A stretch of DNA of 63,979 nucleotides, the filler included, from Lenisia limosa (Eukaryota > Protista > Breviatea): assembly GCA_001655205.1 (NCBI GenBank). It is 19 parts of 19 records of this genome, joined end to end, with 100 filler letters (N's around TTAATTAATTAA, not from the genome) between each part and the next. Parts side by side here need not be neighbours in the genome. Positions count along the whole stretch, not along the records: positions 48,171 to 49,920 come from LPNZ01003194.1; positions 50,021 to 58,527 come from LPNZ01006043.1; positions 58,628 to 61,396 come from LPNZ01006479.1; positions 61,497 to 62,779 come from LPNZ01002416.1; 15 more parts are not named here. One strand, written 5' to 3'. Positions 49,153 through 62,269 of the stretch are shown one piece after another. How positions within the stretch are numbered: position 1 is the stretch's first letter; each line of letters begins with the position of its first letter. The notes under the pieces were generated by a model that worked only from the letters and a program-made list of their open reading frames with translations, did no database searches and was not told where the DNA came from. A program made the translations under genes and the position numbers.

Positions 49153-49252
49153 TAAAGCTTCACTTCAGTTCGAAAAAAGACTGAATTTCTCTATAAATCC
49201 TCGAAAACTATCGATATTTTACCAGTCTTCTTCGAACCGAAGTGAAGCCCTC
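49153..49252. mobile_element. Family B hAT-type MITE
   Basis: AAAGCTTCACTTCAGTTCGAAAAAAGACTGAATTTCTC...GAACCGAAGTGAAGCCCT. Confidence 0.88.
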
Positions 49253-50849
49253 AACATCTTCCCCTATACATTTTTTGAAACAAGAGAAATAAAATACATT
49301 AGAAATCTAGGGAAACAAATAAATGCATAGGGATACCAGAAACAAATTACCATGCCTCCGCGCCCACGCTCCTCGGCGCCCTCCTCCCGAGACGCATTCT
49401 AACTCCCCCAGAACAAGGTCGGACTTTCACAGTCCCGTACGCTCAACTCTGATGACCTTGGCCCCACGGCCGCGCAAACAGCGCAATTCACTACCCCGCA
49501 TATGGACGGTTTCAGCACCAATCCAATGGTTGGTATCCAGAAATAGTTTCTCAATTAATTGTCACTGAGTCCGTGTCATATGTACATATGATATTTTTTG
49601 AACAAGAGAAAAAATTTCCTGAGAAATCTAGAGAAACAAATAAATACAATGGGATACCATAAACACATTAACATAATATAGTAGAAGTAGTATCTCTTAT
49701 TATTTCTTAAAAAAACAGAAAGATTTATCTGCGATTGTTTCCATGTTTTTACAGTAATTCCCCAGGCTCTATCCACCCCTCTTCCAACCTCCCCTCGTGA
49801 ACTTTTCAAGGAAACTGATAATGGTGGGAGAGGGAGGGGAGTGGGTCTTTATGTCGTTACCCCCCCCCCCCACCTATAGGCCAATGTTATTCATCGAAAT
49901 TTCCTTCGTTTTACGTACGCNNNNNNNNNNNNNNNNNNNNNNNNNNNNNNNNNNNNNNNNNNNNTTAATTAATTAANNNNNNNNNNNNNNNNNNNNNNNN
50001 NNNNNNNNNNNNNNNNNNNNATCACTCCAGCGTAAGTTCAGTCCAACTGAACAAAGGTGCAATGATTCGCAAATCATTGCCCCCCCCCCTTACAATAGAA
50101 GAAAGGCCTGAGCCTTCGCTTTTAAGTGGATGGCCTGTCGGTCGGTGGGACAACGCTTCCTCATATGAGTCTGCCATAGATGCTGAACTACGGGTCGAAC
50201 ATACGGCATTGTCGTGTGTCTCTGTTTCCGGCGTCTTCTGTGTCACTCGAAAGGGATCGAAAATATTATTCTCTGCGTTTCTATCATGCCTAATATCAGA
50301 AGTTATTGTTATTACACAATATATTATATATAGGCTACATATATATATATAATTATATACTGTTTTTGTCACATTTTAATGTATTAAAATTGTGAGACAG
50401 TACCAAACATATCCGAACAAAAGAAAAGTCCCATCACGCCCCCCCCCCNNNNNNNNNNNNNNNNNNNNNNNNNNNNNNNNNNNNNNNNNNNNNNNNNTTC
50501 AACACCACCTTCTTCCTGCAGAGCCGAATGCGACAACGACGACACGTTTCGAACCATCCCCGAAGGCTTGTGCGAAAGCACCGAGGGGCTGCGTCGTCAG
50601 GTACAAAGGTACAAAAACTATGCATTCTAATAAGTACTCCAAATTGTGATCCCCCCCCCCCCACTTTCTTTGAATAGACTCAACCTCATCCTCCTGTTCC
50701 CGAGCGTGGGAGACCAAAAGTGAGACCAAACCTTTTGCCCTGTATGTTACGTGCCAAGAAAATGATCATAATCAGGATAACATTGGAGAACCCTGGATGC
50801 TGTTCTCACATAACCCAGAAAAAAAGCATATTCCAAGGCAACCATACCT

Positions 50850-52223
50850 TGCGTTAGCCGGCAGCAGCACAGCAAGGTCAATTGCGGAGTTGCCTGTGGC
50901 GTCCATTTCGAGTGGATTGCCGCCAACAGAAAGGAGCAGTTCGGCCGTGTTTGCATTGCCGCACATTACTGCGCAGTGGAGAGGGGTGAAGCCCGTCTGA
51001 GGCGTCATGACGTCATGCAGTGGTTCCAGTAAGAAAGAGGGTTGTTGAAGCTATATAAGTGCTATCATATCCATATTCACTTGAATCCCTTTGGATGCAC
51101 TCTGTTCTTACAATGGGCAGAAATTATAGTACAATCATACTTATCGATATGCATTATATAATATATGCATATGCTATGTACTATTTTATTCAGTTGTTTT
51201 AGACTTCTCCGTTTATTTTCCCCCCTGACCTGATCAAGTGAGTGCAGCGCGTCAGGCTGTTTTTCCATGTAGTACTCAATGAATTCGGGGTGGCCTTCCA
51301 CTGACGCTCTGAAGAACAAATTACAAAGACCGTATTGCCACTCAAAGCGTTAACAGCACTAGTTTACTTTTATCCACTCCCACCCCATCATTATACCACC
51401 ATGACCCCCACCTGTGTAAGGCTGTTTCGCCATTTGGACCGACATGGTCCAGCTCAGACCCTGCGGAATAGAGGAACTTGGCTTCCTCAACCTGGGCTAT
51501 CAGTCTTAACGGTCCCATCTCGAAACGGTTGAAAGAAGGAAACTTGAGCACAAAGTGTGATTGAATTGATGAGAGCGATCAAGAATAGAAGAATAGTGAT
51601 GTGGACAAAATATCGATAAGTAATATGTACATAATGGAATGTCTGTTGATAAAGCTAAAGAAACGAGCCGAGTCCCTTATCATTGAACATTGTTCTGGGT
51701 CAAAGAGCCAAAAAGCAAATTCAGACATTCCAGCAATGCCATCACTCCGACCTTATTGAGAGACGCACAATGCAGGAACGGTGTGAGACCCGCGTCATCG
51801 CATTCATTCACGTCAACCCAGTCGCAGGCAACAAGACGACGGAGGAATTGCACGGGCTGCGGGGGGGGGGGTAACTGTAAAGACAAAACTTCAAAACAAA
51901 AAATACAATTAATTCTTTGAAAAAAACTCTTGATATTGAAACTAATGGAACTATTTAGAAAAAGCTGTTGACAATAACATTAGCGCGAAAGAAAACTGTC
52001 TGGTGAAGTGATCAGAAATACCAAAATCACCAATAGCAATTCTATTTCCAATCTATGATGCAGCTAATGGATAACCATAACCGTTTACCGCGTTTGAGTT
52101 GATCGCATAGTGGAGTAATGGTAGTGACTCGTCTTCGGGTACATCAGGGGGGAGTTTCAGCTTCAGAACAGACTGAATAGCCTTTGCGTCGTATCTCTCC
52201 TCTTTAATAGCCTTATAACACTC
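50850..52223 (-). CDS. Ankyrin-repeat protein 2, partial
   Basis: Exons ESLPLLHYAINSNA, DVNECDDAGLTPFLHCASLNKVGVMALL, AKFLYSAGSELDHVGPNGETALH and TGFTPLHCAVMCGNANTAELLLSVGGNPLEMDATGNSAIDLA. Flanking exons probably extend it to about 50090-52350. Confidence 0.85.
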
Positions 52224-52953
52224 CTAAAGCAGTTAAAATACCCTGGTGGCGACAAAGGGAAAGTACCTTGAGGACTTTTTCCTGTTGCTTAGCTGTTTTA
52301 AAGCAAGACATCCTGTTGAATCGTTTATATACTTCTTCATAACATCACTATCAGCCACCTCTGATCATTATTCTTGGTTTTTGTCTGGTTTTTGTTCAGC
52401 GTTTTTTTTTTGAAGATTCAAATGGATGCAATTAAGTCAGAAGCTTAACTTTTCCCACTTTGTCACCCCCATTTTGAACGGTTTTTTTGCTTTTTGTGTT
52501 CTTTTTTCATGTTTTTTTGCCAAGTTGTTGTGTGTGTTGTATGATGTGTTTGTGATATTGGTCATCATGTGTGATTGTATGGTGTATGTATTTGTGTTAC
52601 AATTAACCAAGTTAAAATGAAGCCTCGTTAATACAACAATTACCTTTGTATATCTTTATACCTAAGAAGTAATATCACTCCCACAATTCAACCCCAATTA
52701 TGCCCCAAGATGCTACCTATTTACCTTTTCAAATCTAGCGTCTGTTTGAGACCCCTTTCAATCTGATCAGGGTAGACATTACATTATCATAAGAACTACT
52801 ATACACTTAAATAAACACATAAATAATACCATTAGCCTCAACCATTAAATGCCGATGCCAAGCTCGAGAGCTGACTCCTCCTCTGGTCGCGCCACACTAT
52901 ACGACATGCGGCCAATCTTTCGCAGGCCAGGGCGGCGATGCGGCTTGACTAGC

Positions 52954-53126
52954 GGTATTAGAGGCAACGAGAATGGAGGGTTCGATATTAGAGGCAAGGC
53001 AATGCTACGGGAATGGAGGATTCGATATTAGAGGCAAGGCAATGCTACGAGAATGGAGGATTCGGTATTAGAGGCAAGGCAATTCTAGTTACGGGAATGG
53101 AGGATTCGGTATTAGAGGCAAGGCAA
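52954..53126. repeat. Minisatellite, 40-bp unit, about 4 copies
   Basis: TTCG(A/G)TATTAGAGGCAAGGCAATGCTACG(G/A)GAATGGAGGA at 52981, 53021, 53061 and 53105. Confidence 0.9.
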
Positions 53127-53519
53127 GGTCCGCTTACTCTGCTCTTTAGAGTGGAGGGGCTTCATATTGAGATTGTCAGATTTGCTGGTTCCAGCTGGAA
53201 GGGTGTCAGATTTGCTGGTTCCAGCTGGAGGGGTGCTAAAATCAATTTGCTAGAATGCTGTAGAGAAGATGAAGAGACAAGAGAAGACGCAGACATCCCA
53301 CCTGTTGATGGCCGTGGTCGTTGGACTGGAGTTGTTGGGGGGGCCAAGTCTCCTACACTGTCAGCTCGGAATCATATCAAACCAGAATACCACAAGTTGT
53401 ATTTCATAACCTCAATCAAAAAGAGATATCCCACACTGAGGTCACAAAACAACAAAAGTGAACAACTCGCGGATATCATCCATTCTTTAATTGTATTTCC
53501 TCTCATGAACGTGTTCATA

Positions 53520-53601
53520 TACAGTGACCTGGATAAGTCTTGACCGATTTGCTATGTGATTTCCCGAGGAAAATCGGTCAAGTCTTATCCCGGTCGCTGT
53601 A
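53520..53601. mobile_element. Family A MITE, best-preserved copy
   Basis: TA-CAGTGACCTGGATAAGTCTTGACCGATTT...AAATCGGTCAAGTCTTATCCCGGTCGCTG-TA: ~29-bp TIRs with TA on both sides. Partial copies at 47256-47295 and 59817-59870. Confidence 0.9.
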
Positions 53602-53651
53602 TGTACCCCCCAACCAGGACCATGTTTCCCAGAAGTTGACGGCCGTTTTGT

Positions 53652-53873
53652 ACTAAATCCATGAGCAAAGAGGGACTAAATCCATGAGCAAAGAGGGAAT
53701 GGTTGAGCAAAGAGGGACTAAATCCATGAGCAAAAAGGGACTAAATCCATGAACAAAGAGGGACTAAATCCATGAGCAAAGAGGGATTAAATCCATGAAA
53801 AAAGAGGGACTAAATCCATGAACAAAGAGGGACTAAATCCATGAACAAAGAGGGACTAAATCCATGAGAAGAG
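53652..53873. repeat. 23-bp minisatellite, about 9 units
   Basis: ACTAAATCCATGA(G/A)CAAAGAGGG repeated; the last unit is interrupted by a family B MITE. Confidence 0.93.
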
Positions 53874-53972
53874 TAGGGCTTCACTTCCGGTTCGAACAAT
53901 ACTGGTAACATATCGATAGTTTTCGAGGTTTTATCGAGAAATTCAGTCTTTTTTGAATTGAAGTGAAGCTCA
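53874..53972. mobile_element. Family B hAT-type MITE
   Basis: TAGGGCTTCACTTCCGGTT...GAAGTGAAGCTCA. Confidence 0.88.
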
Positions 53973-56900
53973 AGCAAAGAGGGAACAGGGCTGGGCAAAG
54001 AGAACACAGCGTCACTTAATTCGTACCTTGTTACAGGAAAGATTAGAGGGGGAACATAAGACGATTTGGACGGGGTAAAGACCTTGTTGGAGGATGCCAT
54101 TCTGAAGATATAAAAAAAAATGTCTCAACAAGCTGAAGCTGTCTACATCACGTGTACAAAGGGTTAGTATAGTATATGATATGTATACTACTATTCGCGA
54201 AAAGATACATTGTACAGAGAAACTGCTGCCACGCAAACATTGGTGTAATAGATTCCTTGGCCTGCCGCTGAGCTTTCGATGCTGAAGAGGGTCGCGGCTT
54301 GACTTTGTGGCCCGATATCTCAATACTACTGCTTTCCTAAACGAATCAGTGTGCAGAACAGTGAGATAATGAGTTTGATGGTTTGATGTGTTGAAGAATA
54401 AAAGTAAAAATGAGAAATCTGGACAAAGCATCCTCACAATCATACTATGAAGATGCTCATAAAAAATCACCCAATCATTTGCAATACAAAACCTGTTCAC
54501 TACTTGCTACCAGCCCTACAGGGACAGAACACTAAGAGAGATGCGCAAGGTCCCCCCCCCCCCCNNNNNNNNNNNNNNNNNNNNNNNNNNNNNNNNNNNN
54601 NNNNNNNNNNNNNNNNNNNNNNNNNNNNNNNNNNNNNNNNNNNNNNNNNNNNNNNNNNNNNNNNNNNNNNNNNNNNNNNNNNNNNNNNNNNNNNNNNNNN
54701 NNNNNNNNNNNNNNNNNNNNNNNNNNNNNNNNNNNNNNNNNNNNNNNNNNNNNNNNNNNNNNNNNNNNNNNNNNNNNNNNNNNNNNNNNNNNNNNNNNNN
54801 NNNNNNNNNNNNNNNNAGGTTTTGCTGTTGAGATCTCAGCCTGTGTTTTGGCTTGATGATGGGCTGAGACTGGACTTCATGGTTGGGATGCGTCATCTCA
54901 TCAAAGGCTGCAAGCATGTTGAATTCCCGTGCTGGGGGGGTGAGAACTGGGAAAGCATGCTGTGGAAGACTTGTTGAGATATCAATCTACTACTTAGTGA
55001 CCCGTGCAATTAATTGAAAAAAATCTTTTCAAAATCTGAAGTGAGACATAGTGTAACAAGAACGCCATTTCAGACACTTTACTGTTTTCAGGGAAATTAA
55101 TTGTCAATTAATTTCCCAAAAAAATGAATTGCACGGAGCCCTGCTAGAGTACTAAGACTTAGTTTATAAAAAGCCTGCTAAAATATTTCAGAAATCCAGT
55201 CCTGATGGGACCCTAATTAGGACCCATCACTCCTACTGTTGTTCCAAGAGTAAGCTGGCTTCTTGGTAGCAGCGTAGTGCTGATCAACACGAGGCACTCC
55301 ATCCAGTAAACTTGGTCGTTGAGGGGGCTGGACAGTTACTATTGGAAACAAGAACAACATGCTTGGCGATACTCATCACAATCTTGGAATTGATTATTCA
55401 TTCCCAGTTTCTGAATGGAATCCGACACAAAATAAAACACTGGAGAACTGCACCCCTCTCACGGTGTCCATGCTCCACTTTGAGGCCGCGTAGTCTTGCA
55501 GCTCGGAAAGCCGCCATAATTGTTCCGAATAGGTTGGTGATACAACTTCCTCATCTATAGAGTTAACAAATACGACTTCCTGGATCTACGTTCCAATTCC
55601 AGGCTGATTTGCCCACCAAAGTCATCAGGATAGAGAGTTGCCAATTTCTCCTCTAGCCCCAGGGGAAGGATAGTGCTGAGGTCGGAAAACGGCCTCGGTT
55701 CGGAGAGGGGGGAGAGAGGGCATGTTGGGAGGTCCTGGGTGGGAGGGGAATTCTGTCCAACAGTCACTGAAAGACGCAACTCCGGGAAGAAAAGCAGATG
55801 GGCAATATCAATATGACCGAGACGCCTACTTGGCAAAAGATCTCCCGATCGCGAACGTCCATTGGCTGCGGCGGCGACACGGCCGAAGTTGGAATGTTGA
55901 GGTCGAGAGGCGGACGGGCCGGGGACGTTTTAGTCTGCCAGCCTTGCGGAATGGGGCTCCGGACCGGACCGGATGGGATAGACACAACCAATTCTAGGCG
56001 GATTACTGACAACTGAATATACCAGATACAAAAGAACAAGTCCTTGGGCCAACTGAGATACAAAAGAACCAGTCCTTGGGCCAACTGCCAAGTGCATACC
56101 CTTCTTGATCTCCTGTGGATTGGGTATGGCTGTCGCACGGGGACTCTCCAGCTCCCCTCCCGTACTCTGTGCCATTAGAATCGCCATGGTGATTAAGCAG
56201 CTTTGTCCACAAAACCAAAACGGCCGCACTCATAGAGATCCCAATGAACATAGAGAGCCCGTTGAAGCTCCCCACCTGGACCATTTTGGTTCTCCACATG
56301 AGGCGCTCGATTGGACTGGCGCGAGAGGCGCTAGCAGCCTTGCGTAGTTGTGCTCGCATTGTTGACAGCTCGTCAGTGGGTTCGGCTCTGCAGGGGAGTG
56401 GGGTGAAAAATACATTTGAATTATGCGGGGGAGAAATCCGCAAAGCATTTCTACAATATTAGAATATGCGATCAGAGGTCGTACATTGTTGGAGTGTCAA
56501 CATCGGCCACTTCAGTTGGTCCGTCCTTTTCCCTATGTAGGTGCTGGGACATTTCAATCTGTTGTGCACTGCCTAGTGCCACAGTGAACGGTGAAGAAGG
56601 CTCCGCATCTGGGATGTTATCAAATAACTACGACTTGATATGATCTGCCTAAAACCCACCAATGTCAGTAGTGCTGGCTGGTAGTACTGGGCAACTGCTG
56701 TATTTGGACCTGAGTGTTGGTTACATTAAATTATGGTGAAATGAGAAACATAAACATGCCTCAATAGAACATCTAAAAGTGACCCGGTCTCTGGAGCCCT
56801 GGCATGACCAACCTGAGCTCCTCCATTGTTGGAGGGGGAGGCAGGTCACCGAGAGAGCCTGAGCCGACAGTGGCAATGCCGACCGGTTCTGTGAGTTAGT

Positions 56901-57578
56901 TGTGTTCATCTCCCTTACTCTTCCCCTGCACAGGGCTTGGAAAAAAAAAACTGACTTCACAATAAACCTTGATGTATATGACCAAAGTGAGCCCGCAACA
57001 ACAGCCTACCATGATTGTCTTGGACACTGAATGTACGCTGGTTCAGCTCTCCAGCAAACGCCCCTCCAGCCGTGCGGCCAACCTACACTGTGAGGGCTTG
57101 GGAGTAGAGATGAAACGGGGGTGTCAGTAAATAGAGGGAATACGGTTCTTGTGCCATCATTCGCCTCTCACATCATCACCAAAAACAGCCAATCCCAACT
57201 GCAGAGCCTCGGGTAGAACACCTGATCGTTATCAAAGCTGTGTACGCGGTTGTCAGATATTTTTAATAAGCAGTGACTGCGAAAAGTCTTGACACAATTG
57301 ATTAAGGTGAAGCTCAGTATCGGTGTTAGTGTCCCACTGGAGGATGCGGCAGTGAGATGGACGGAAGGCGCTCTTGGGGTTCCGGAAATGAGCAGCTGTC
57401 TGCGTTGAAACGGATCTAAACCACCACCACTTCTAGGGATCAGTTAATAGCCCATGGCAATAGTGAATGATAAGGTGAATAAAAAATAGTCGGAGGAGGG
57501 GAGGACTCGACCAAATATAGCAGCTTACCGGGTACTCTGCAGGTCTTCTTCGTCATCACTAGAGGAGAAAATGTGCTC

Positions 57579-57660
57579 CTGGGGGAGTAAAACGAAGGAA
57601 ATTTCGATGAAGAATCTTGGCGTAAAGGTACTAATCACGAACGGAATAATCTGAAACTCC
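57579..57660 (-). repeat. Family C2 element forming a 3' splice region
   Basis: Minus strand GGAGTTTCAGATTATTCCGTTCGTGATTAGTACCTTTACGCCAAGATTCTTCATCGAAATTTCCTTCGTTTTACTCCCCCAG|exon EHIFSSSDDEEDLQST. Confidence 0.85.
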
Positions 57661-57994
57661 AAACAAACAAAAAACAAAAAACAAGCAATAACAAACATGA
57701 GCAACCAACGCTAAAACTGGGAGAGGGGACTCGCAAAAATGCGCTCTAGTCCTACTCAACAGTGTGGAAAAAAAAAAAGAAGATAAATTGCGGTCCAAAG
57801 AATGAGAAAAAGATGCATCCACAGATCACCTGGTTGTCAAAAATGATGTATTGGACATTTCCATCCACTAGAATGAAGTCAGCCCCATCGTTCTCATTGT
57901 CATCCTCTCCTGGGCTGAACGGCAATATCTCCACTGTTTTGCTGCTGGGTCAGAAAGAAAAATCCTGTTTTGTACAGGAAAAGAGCATTACATC

Positions 57995-58084
57995 TTAAGC
58001 TTCACTTCGGTTCCAAAAAAGACTAAATTTCTCGAAAAATCCTCGAAAACTATCGATATATTCCCGAACCGAAGTGAAGCCTTA
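57995..58084. mobile_element. Family B hAT-type MITE
   Basis: TIRs present; flanks ATTACATC and ATTGCAAC (6/8). Confidence 0.88.
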
Positions 58085-58682
58085 ATTGCAACCCACCCTG
58101 CAGCAACAGCCTGGGCAGGCTGGAAGGGACCCGGTGGCGGGGTGTCTCCAATGACGTCATGGTGCTGACTGTGACTGGGGTGGACATTTTGGGCGGTGCG
58201 CGGCGACGCAACTTGCGATGAGAAGCTTGAGAGAAACTGAACTGTTTCACCAGTTCCGCTGGCTGCGAAAAAGTTATATAACAGCACTGGGTCAACCCAC
58301 CGCTCTTCCTGAAAGATGCAGATGACGACGTTTTGAAGCCTTCATGCTTCCTCAAAACAGTCCCTGCAGGTTTAACTCGCGGCGCTGTGGTGGTCAATGA
58401 ACATATGATATAGTACCGCGCAAAGACTATGAAACTCTACAACAGACTCTCTTCCACATCCCCTGGTGATATGGTTGACAGGCGATATTAGCTGAGGTAC
58501 TTACATTCTGGCTTCTGAACGGGAGTGNNNNNNNNNNNNNNNNNNNNNNNNNNNNNNNNNNNNNNNNNNNNTTAATTAATTAANNNNNNNNNNNNNNNNN
58601 NNNNNNNNNNNNNNNNNNNNNNNNNNNTTCACTTGATGCCTTTATAATTCTAGTTTCAATAGAGACTTTACTGTACTCTTAC

Positions 58683-61339
58683 ATGCTCATCACTCGCGTC
58701 CACTATGTCGCACGGGATTCCTGCAATGAGAACTGAAGGCAAAAGATCCTCGACAGCCGCTGTTTGGTTGAGGCAGTCTGCGAGGGTGTGCATGAAGTAG
58801 GCCCCGCTGATATGAACGTCGGAACCGCCAGCACTGCAGGGAGTAGAAGTGAAAAAAGAAAAACACAGCCCAAAATCAACTCTGCTGGTTGGCAACACAC
58901 GAAGGTTGAGAACAACANNNNNNNNNNNNNNNNNNNNNNNNNNNNNNNNNNNNNNNNNNNNNNNNNNNNNNNNNNNNNNNNNNNNNNNNNNNNNNNNCGA
59001 GAAGAAGATGATAATAATAGACCAAACGAACATCACCTTCTGGTAAAACAGTTATCCTCATAACGTACCAGGGGAGACCGAAGGGGGTGACGCTCTTGAT
59101 CACAGGGATGGAGTTGTATGTGAAGGAACCGCCAACTGAGACCCCGCGTGATATGCTGCGGAAACAATAAGATATTATATAATCAAGCTTCACCTGGAAG
59201 AATCGGTCAATTTTCCGGTTTTTGGTTCTCAGTTTTAACTGGAACCGTAAGATGCGATCCCCGGATTGGTGTTTATCTATTTTATCTTATTTTTTAAGAG
59301 AGTCACACGGATAGTTGGTATTTTTTCCTTCTTTTAATACAGGATTTGAAATTGGAATATTTGAAATAAAAGATACATTTCAGAGAGATAGATAGTGCTA
59401 TGCAGCTAATATTCAAAATTTATAATTTGTAAATATCTCAAATGACGAAGGGGTTAATATATATTGATCTCTTTATTGATTATATTTGATGAAATGACCT
59501 CCAAGAACCGAAAGTGAACCTTTCTTATATAATATGGAGAGATGAGAAATAAACAAGGTTGTATCTGGTCCAAGCCGTCCACTCAATCTGACTCCCCACC
59601 CCCCAACCTATGCACTTCCAGGGCACACGGACTAGGTGTGTCGAAAGCGGGGGTAACTATCGTGACACTGTCTGGATCCTGGCACACTATATCGGCTGAC
59701 TTATCGCCTGCGGGGGGGGGGGGGGGNNNNNNNNNNNNNNNNNNNNNNNNNNNNNNNNNNNNNNNNNNNNNNNNNNNNNNNNNNNNNNNNNNNNNNNNNG
59801 CCCTATAGAAGGAACATACAGTGGGAAATCACATAGCAAATCGGTCAAGACTTATCGCGGTCACTGCATATATTATATGATTTCATACCGCTCCACCAAC
59901 CAATCATAACCTGGGTGATGTCATGACCATCACCAACTCCCGAGCCCAAAATACGGACTGTGGTTCCGCCGGTCATTGGGCCTGGGTGGGTGAAGTGAAC
60001 ATGGAAAATTTATGAAAACAATCCCTTTATAAGATGTAAATTAAATAAAAAATTCTTTTGAGAAAAAGCCAAGCCTAAGTCGCGTGATTTCCACCTTCTA
60101 CTAACCGGAATGAGGAACTGAGGAGCCCAGGCGACCGGAGGGGAGGTAGTGGTATGCCTTCTGGCCGGGGTTAAAACAAAGGAGGTCTTAAGAGTATTTC
60201 GTAAAGGTATTATCATGAACAGAATAGTCTGAAATTCCAGTTATTATGAAAAAAATAGAAAACTGAAAATAACTGTGGGAGTGGGGGGTGAAATGTCTGA
60301 GATGATACGTATAAAAAAGGCACATTATCCAAGATGTACCTTCAAAACAGCCCATCCACAGGCCGCACTGGACACTTGAATATCAGCCATTTGACTGAAC
60401 TCCCTGAATCGTGAACTCTGGCCAAAGGTTTGTCACGAAGTATAATCATTAGTGTTTATGATAACCCTTTGTAGTTTTTCTTTCCCAAGATTGTAGTACA
60501 TATCATAAGAATACTCTTAAAAAGGAGGAATAAAAAAGAGGTCTCAAACGAAGATTAGAGTGAAGTCAGCTTAAAAGAGAAATTATCATATATTCTGATG
60601 AAAAAGAGCGTGGCATTAGAACCCTAATGTCTTTTTGTACCAACGCAACCATCACGACAAAACAGAAACAGGTCCCCGCAAACACTGGCGGCGGCTTCAA
60701 AACGATCTTCTCAGGAGTCGCAGAAATAATCTAATGGTTAATGGTGAGAATTGAGTACTAACGTGACAATGAATTAACTTTGATTATTATGAAAATTATT
60801 ATGATGAATAACAAATTCATAACACGCAATACCCCCCCCCCCCACTTCGGCCCNNNNNNNNNNNNNNNNNNNNNNNNNNNNNNNNNNNNNNNNNNNNNNN
60901 NNNNNNNNNNNNNNNNNNNNNGACCCTGTATCCTCCACACTAGCGTTAGGCAGGCAAAGACCGGAACCAACAAGGACAGTCTCCACACCTCCTGCAAGGT
61001 AAGGAGGGGTTAAACCTTGAAATAATTGCACGGTGTTCTGTGCAATATCAACTCTGACACTCAGTCTTGCGATTGTCATGCCAGGAAAACACTTAAAGAT
61101 CCACATGAGAGGAAAAGGCGAGTGAAAATATCTATCTATCAGGTTTTCTCGAGAGAAAATTGTATTTTTTTTTAGTATAACAGCTCGTGTTAAACAATCA
61201 GAAGCATCTTATTCCAAAGGAAAGACCAAGACAAACCGTTGAGACAACCCTCGGGGGGAGTTACAGCAGTGATCTTGCCGGGAGTTGAGAAGAGGAAGTG
61301 ATCATCAGAAGATGCAGGGCCAGAGAACTCAGTTATAAT
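58683..61339 (-). CDS. IPT/TIG-repeat protein, partial; probably a surface protein
   Basis: Exons FLFSTPGKITAVTPPEGCLNG, GPMTGGTTVRILGSG, DIVCQDPDSVTIVTP, GGSFTYNSIPVIKSVTPFG and AGGSDVHISGAYF...VLIAGIPCDIVDASDEH fit the IPT pattern F.Y...P.I..V.P..GP..GGT.V.I.G...C. Confidence 0.75.
58834..58917 (-). repeat. Family C element forming a 3' splice region in the IPT gene
   Basis: Minus strand CTCAACCTTCGTGTGTTGCCAACCAGCAGAGTTGATTTTGGG...CACTTCTACTCCCTGCAG|exon. Confidence 0.85.
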
Positions 61340-61880
61340 CTGGGGGGTGGGGGTGAATTATGAATGATTCAATTATCTTGCCTAAACAGCCTGATTNNNN
61401 NNNNNNNNNNNNNNNNNNNNNNNNNNNNNNNNNNNNNNNNTTAATTAATTAANNNNNNNNNNNNNNNNNNNNNNNNNNNNNNNNNNNNNNNNNNNNTAAA
61501 ACATGAACTATCGCCATTATATATTTTTGAAAAAAGTTCTTTGCCAGCCAGATGTTTTAATCTTTCTGTAGGAAATCAGTACGCACGTATGGAGAATGAT
61601 GGCGTTCCAACTACTGTGGGATGGAGTGGTGTGGAAATAGAGGGGGATAATTTGGGTTTACTTCGGGCCGAAAAATGTCCGAATTTTCTCGTTAAATCCT
61701 AAAAAAAGTAAAAGTGAAGCTCCAGATAATGAACTTTTCTGAAGAATTAAGTTGTGAATTTTATTGGCTGAGTAAGGATTTGGGCTTCACTGCAGATTCA
61801 AAAGCCTGGTTTAAATCTAACTTCGGGGAAAAGGAAGGAGCAACCAAAAAAACCTTGATATCTCAAATTTTCGTTTGAAG

Positions 61881-61982
61881 TAGAGCTTCACTTTCGGTTT
61901 CAGAAAAAGACTGAATTCTCGAAAAATCCTCGATTAATAACGATATTTTATCGGTCTTTTTGTAATTGAGAGTGAAGCTCTA
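61881..61982. mobile_element. Family B hAT-type MITE with a perfect 8-bp TSD
   Basis: GTTTGAAG (61873-61880) + TAGAGCTTCACT...AGTGAAGCTCTA + GTTTGAAG (61983-61990). Confidence 0.95.
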
Positions 61983-62269
61983 GTTTGAAGCAAAAATCAC
62001 CCAACTAATGGTCACCTTTCAGGCGGTGTGGAAGGCAGAGAAGAAGCAATTTGAGCCTATTCGACTCGTCAGCCCAAGCGCAGTGCCTTGTTGGGAGGGG
62101 GGGGGGGGGCNNNNNNNNNNNNNNNNNNNNNNNNNNNNNNNNNNNNNNNNNNNNNNNNNNNNNNNNNNNNNNNNNNNNNNNNNNNNNNNNNNNNNNNNNN
62201 NNNNNNNNNNNNNNNNNNNTTTTTAAAAATTCACTTGTTCATTTCGCCAAATTTGAGGTGACGATTTAG

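Noticed and set aside
49860-49920. A C2-like tail as another acceptor-abutting copy
   Set aside because: The fragment lies after, not before, a C(n)ACCTATAG, and a gap follows. It is ambiguous and a possible counter-example, so it was not counted.
52954-53126. Tandem arrays (also 27555-27670, 53652-53873, 22780-22945) as CRISPR arrays
   Set aside because: Units are contiguous with no unique spacers, there are no cas genes, and the context is eukaryotic.
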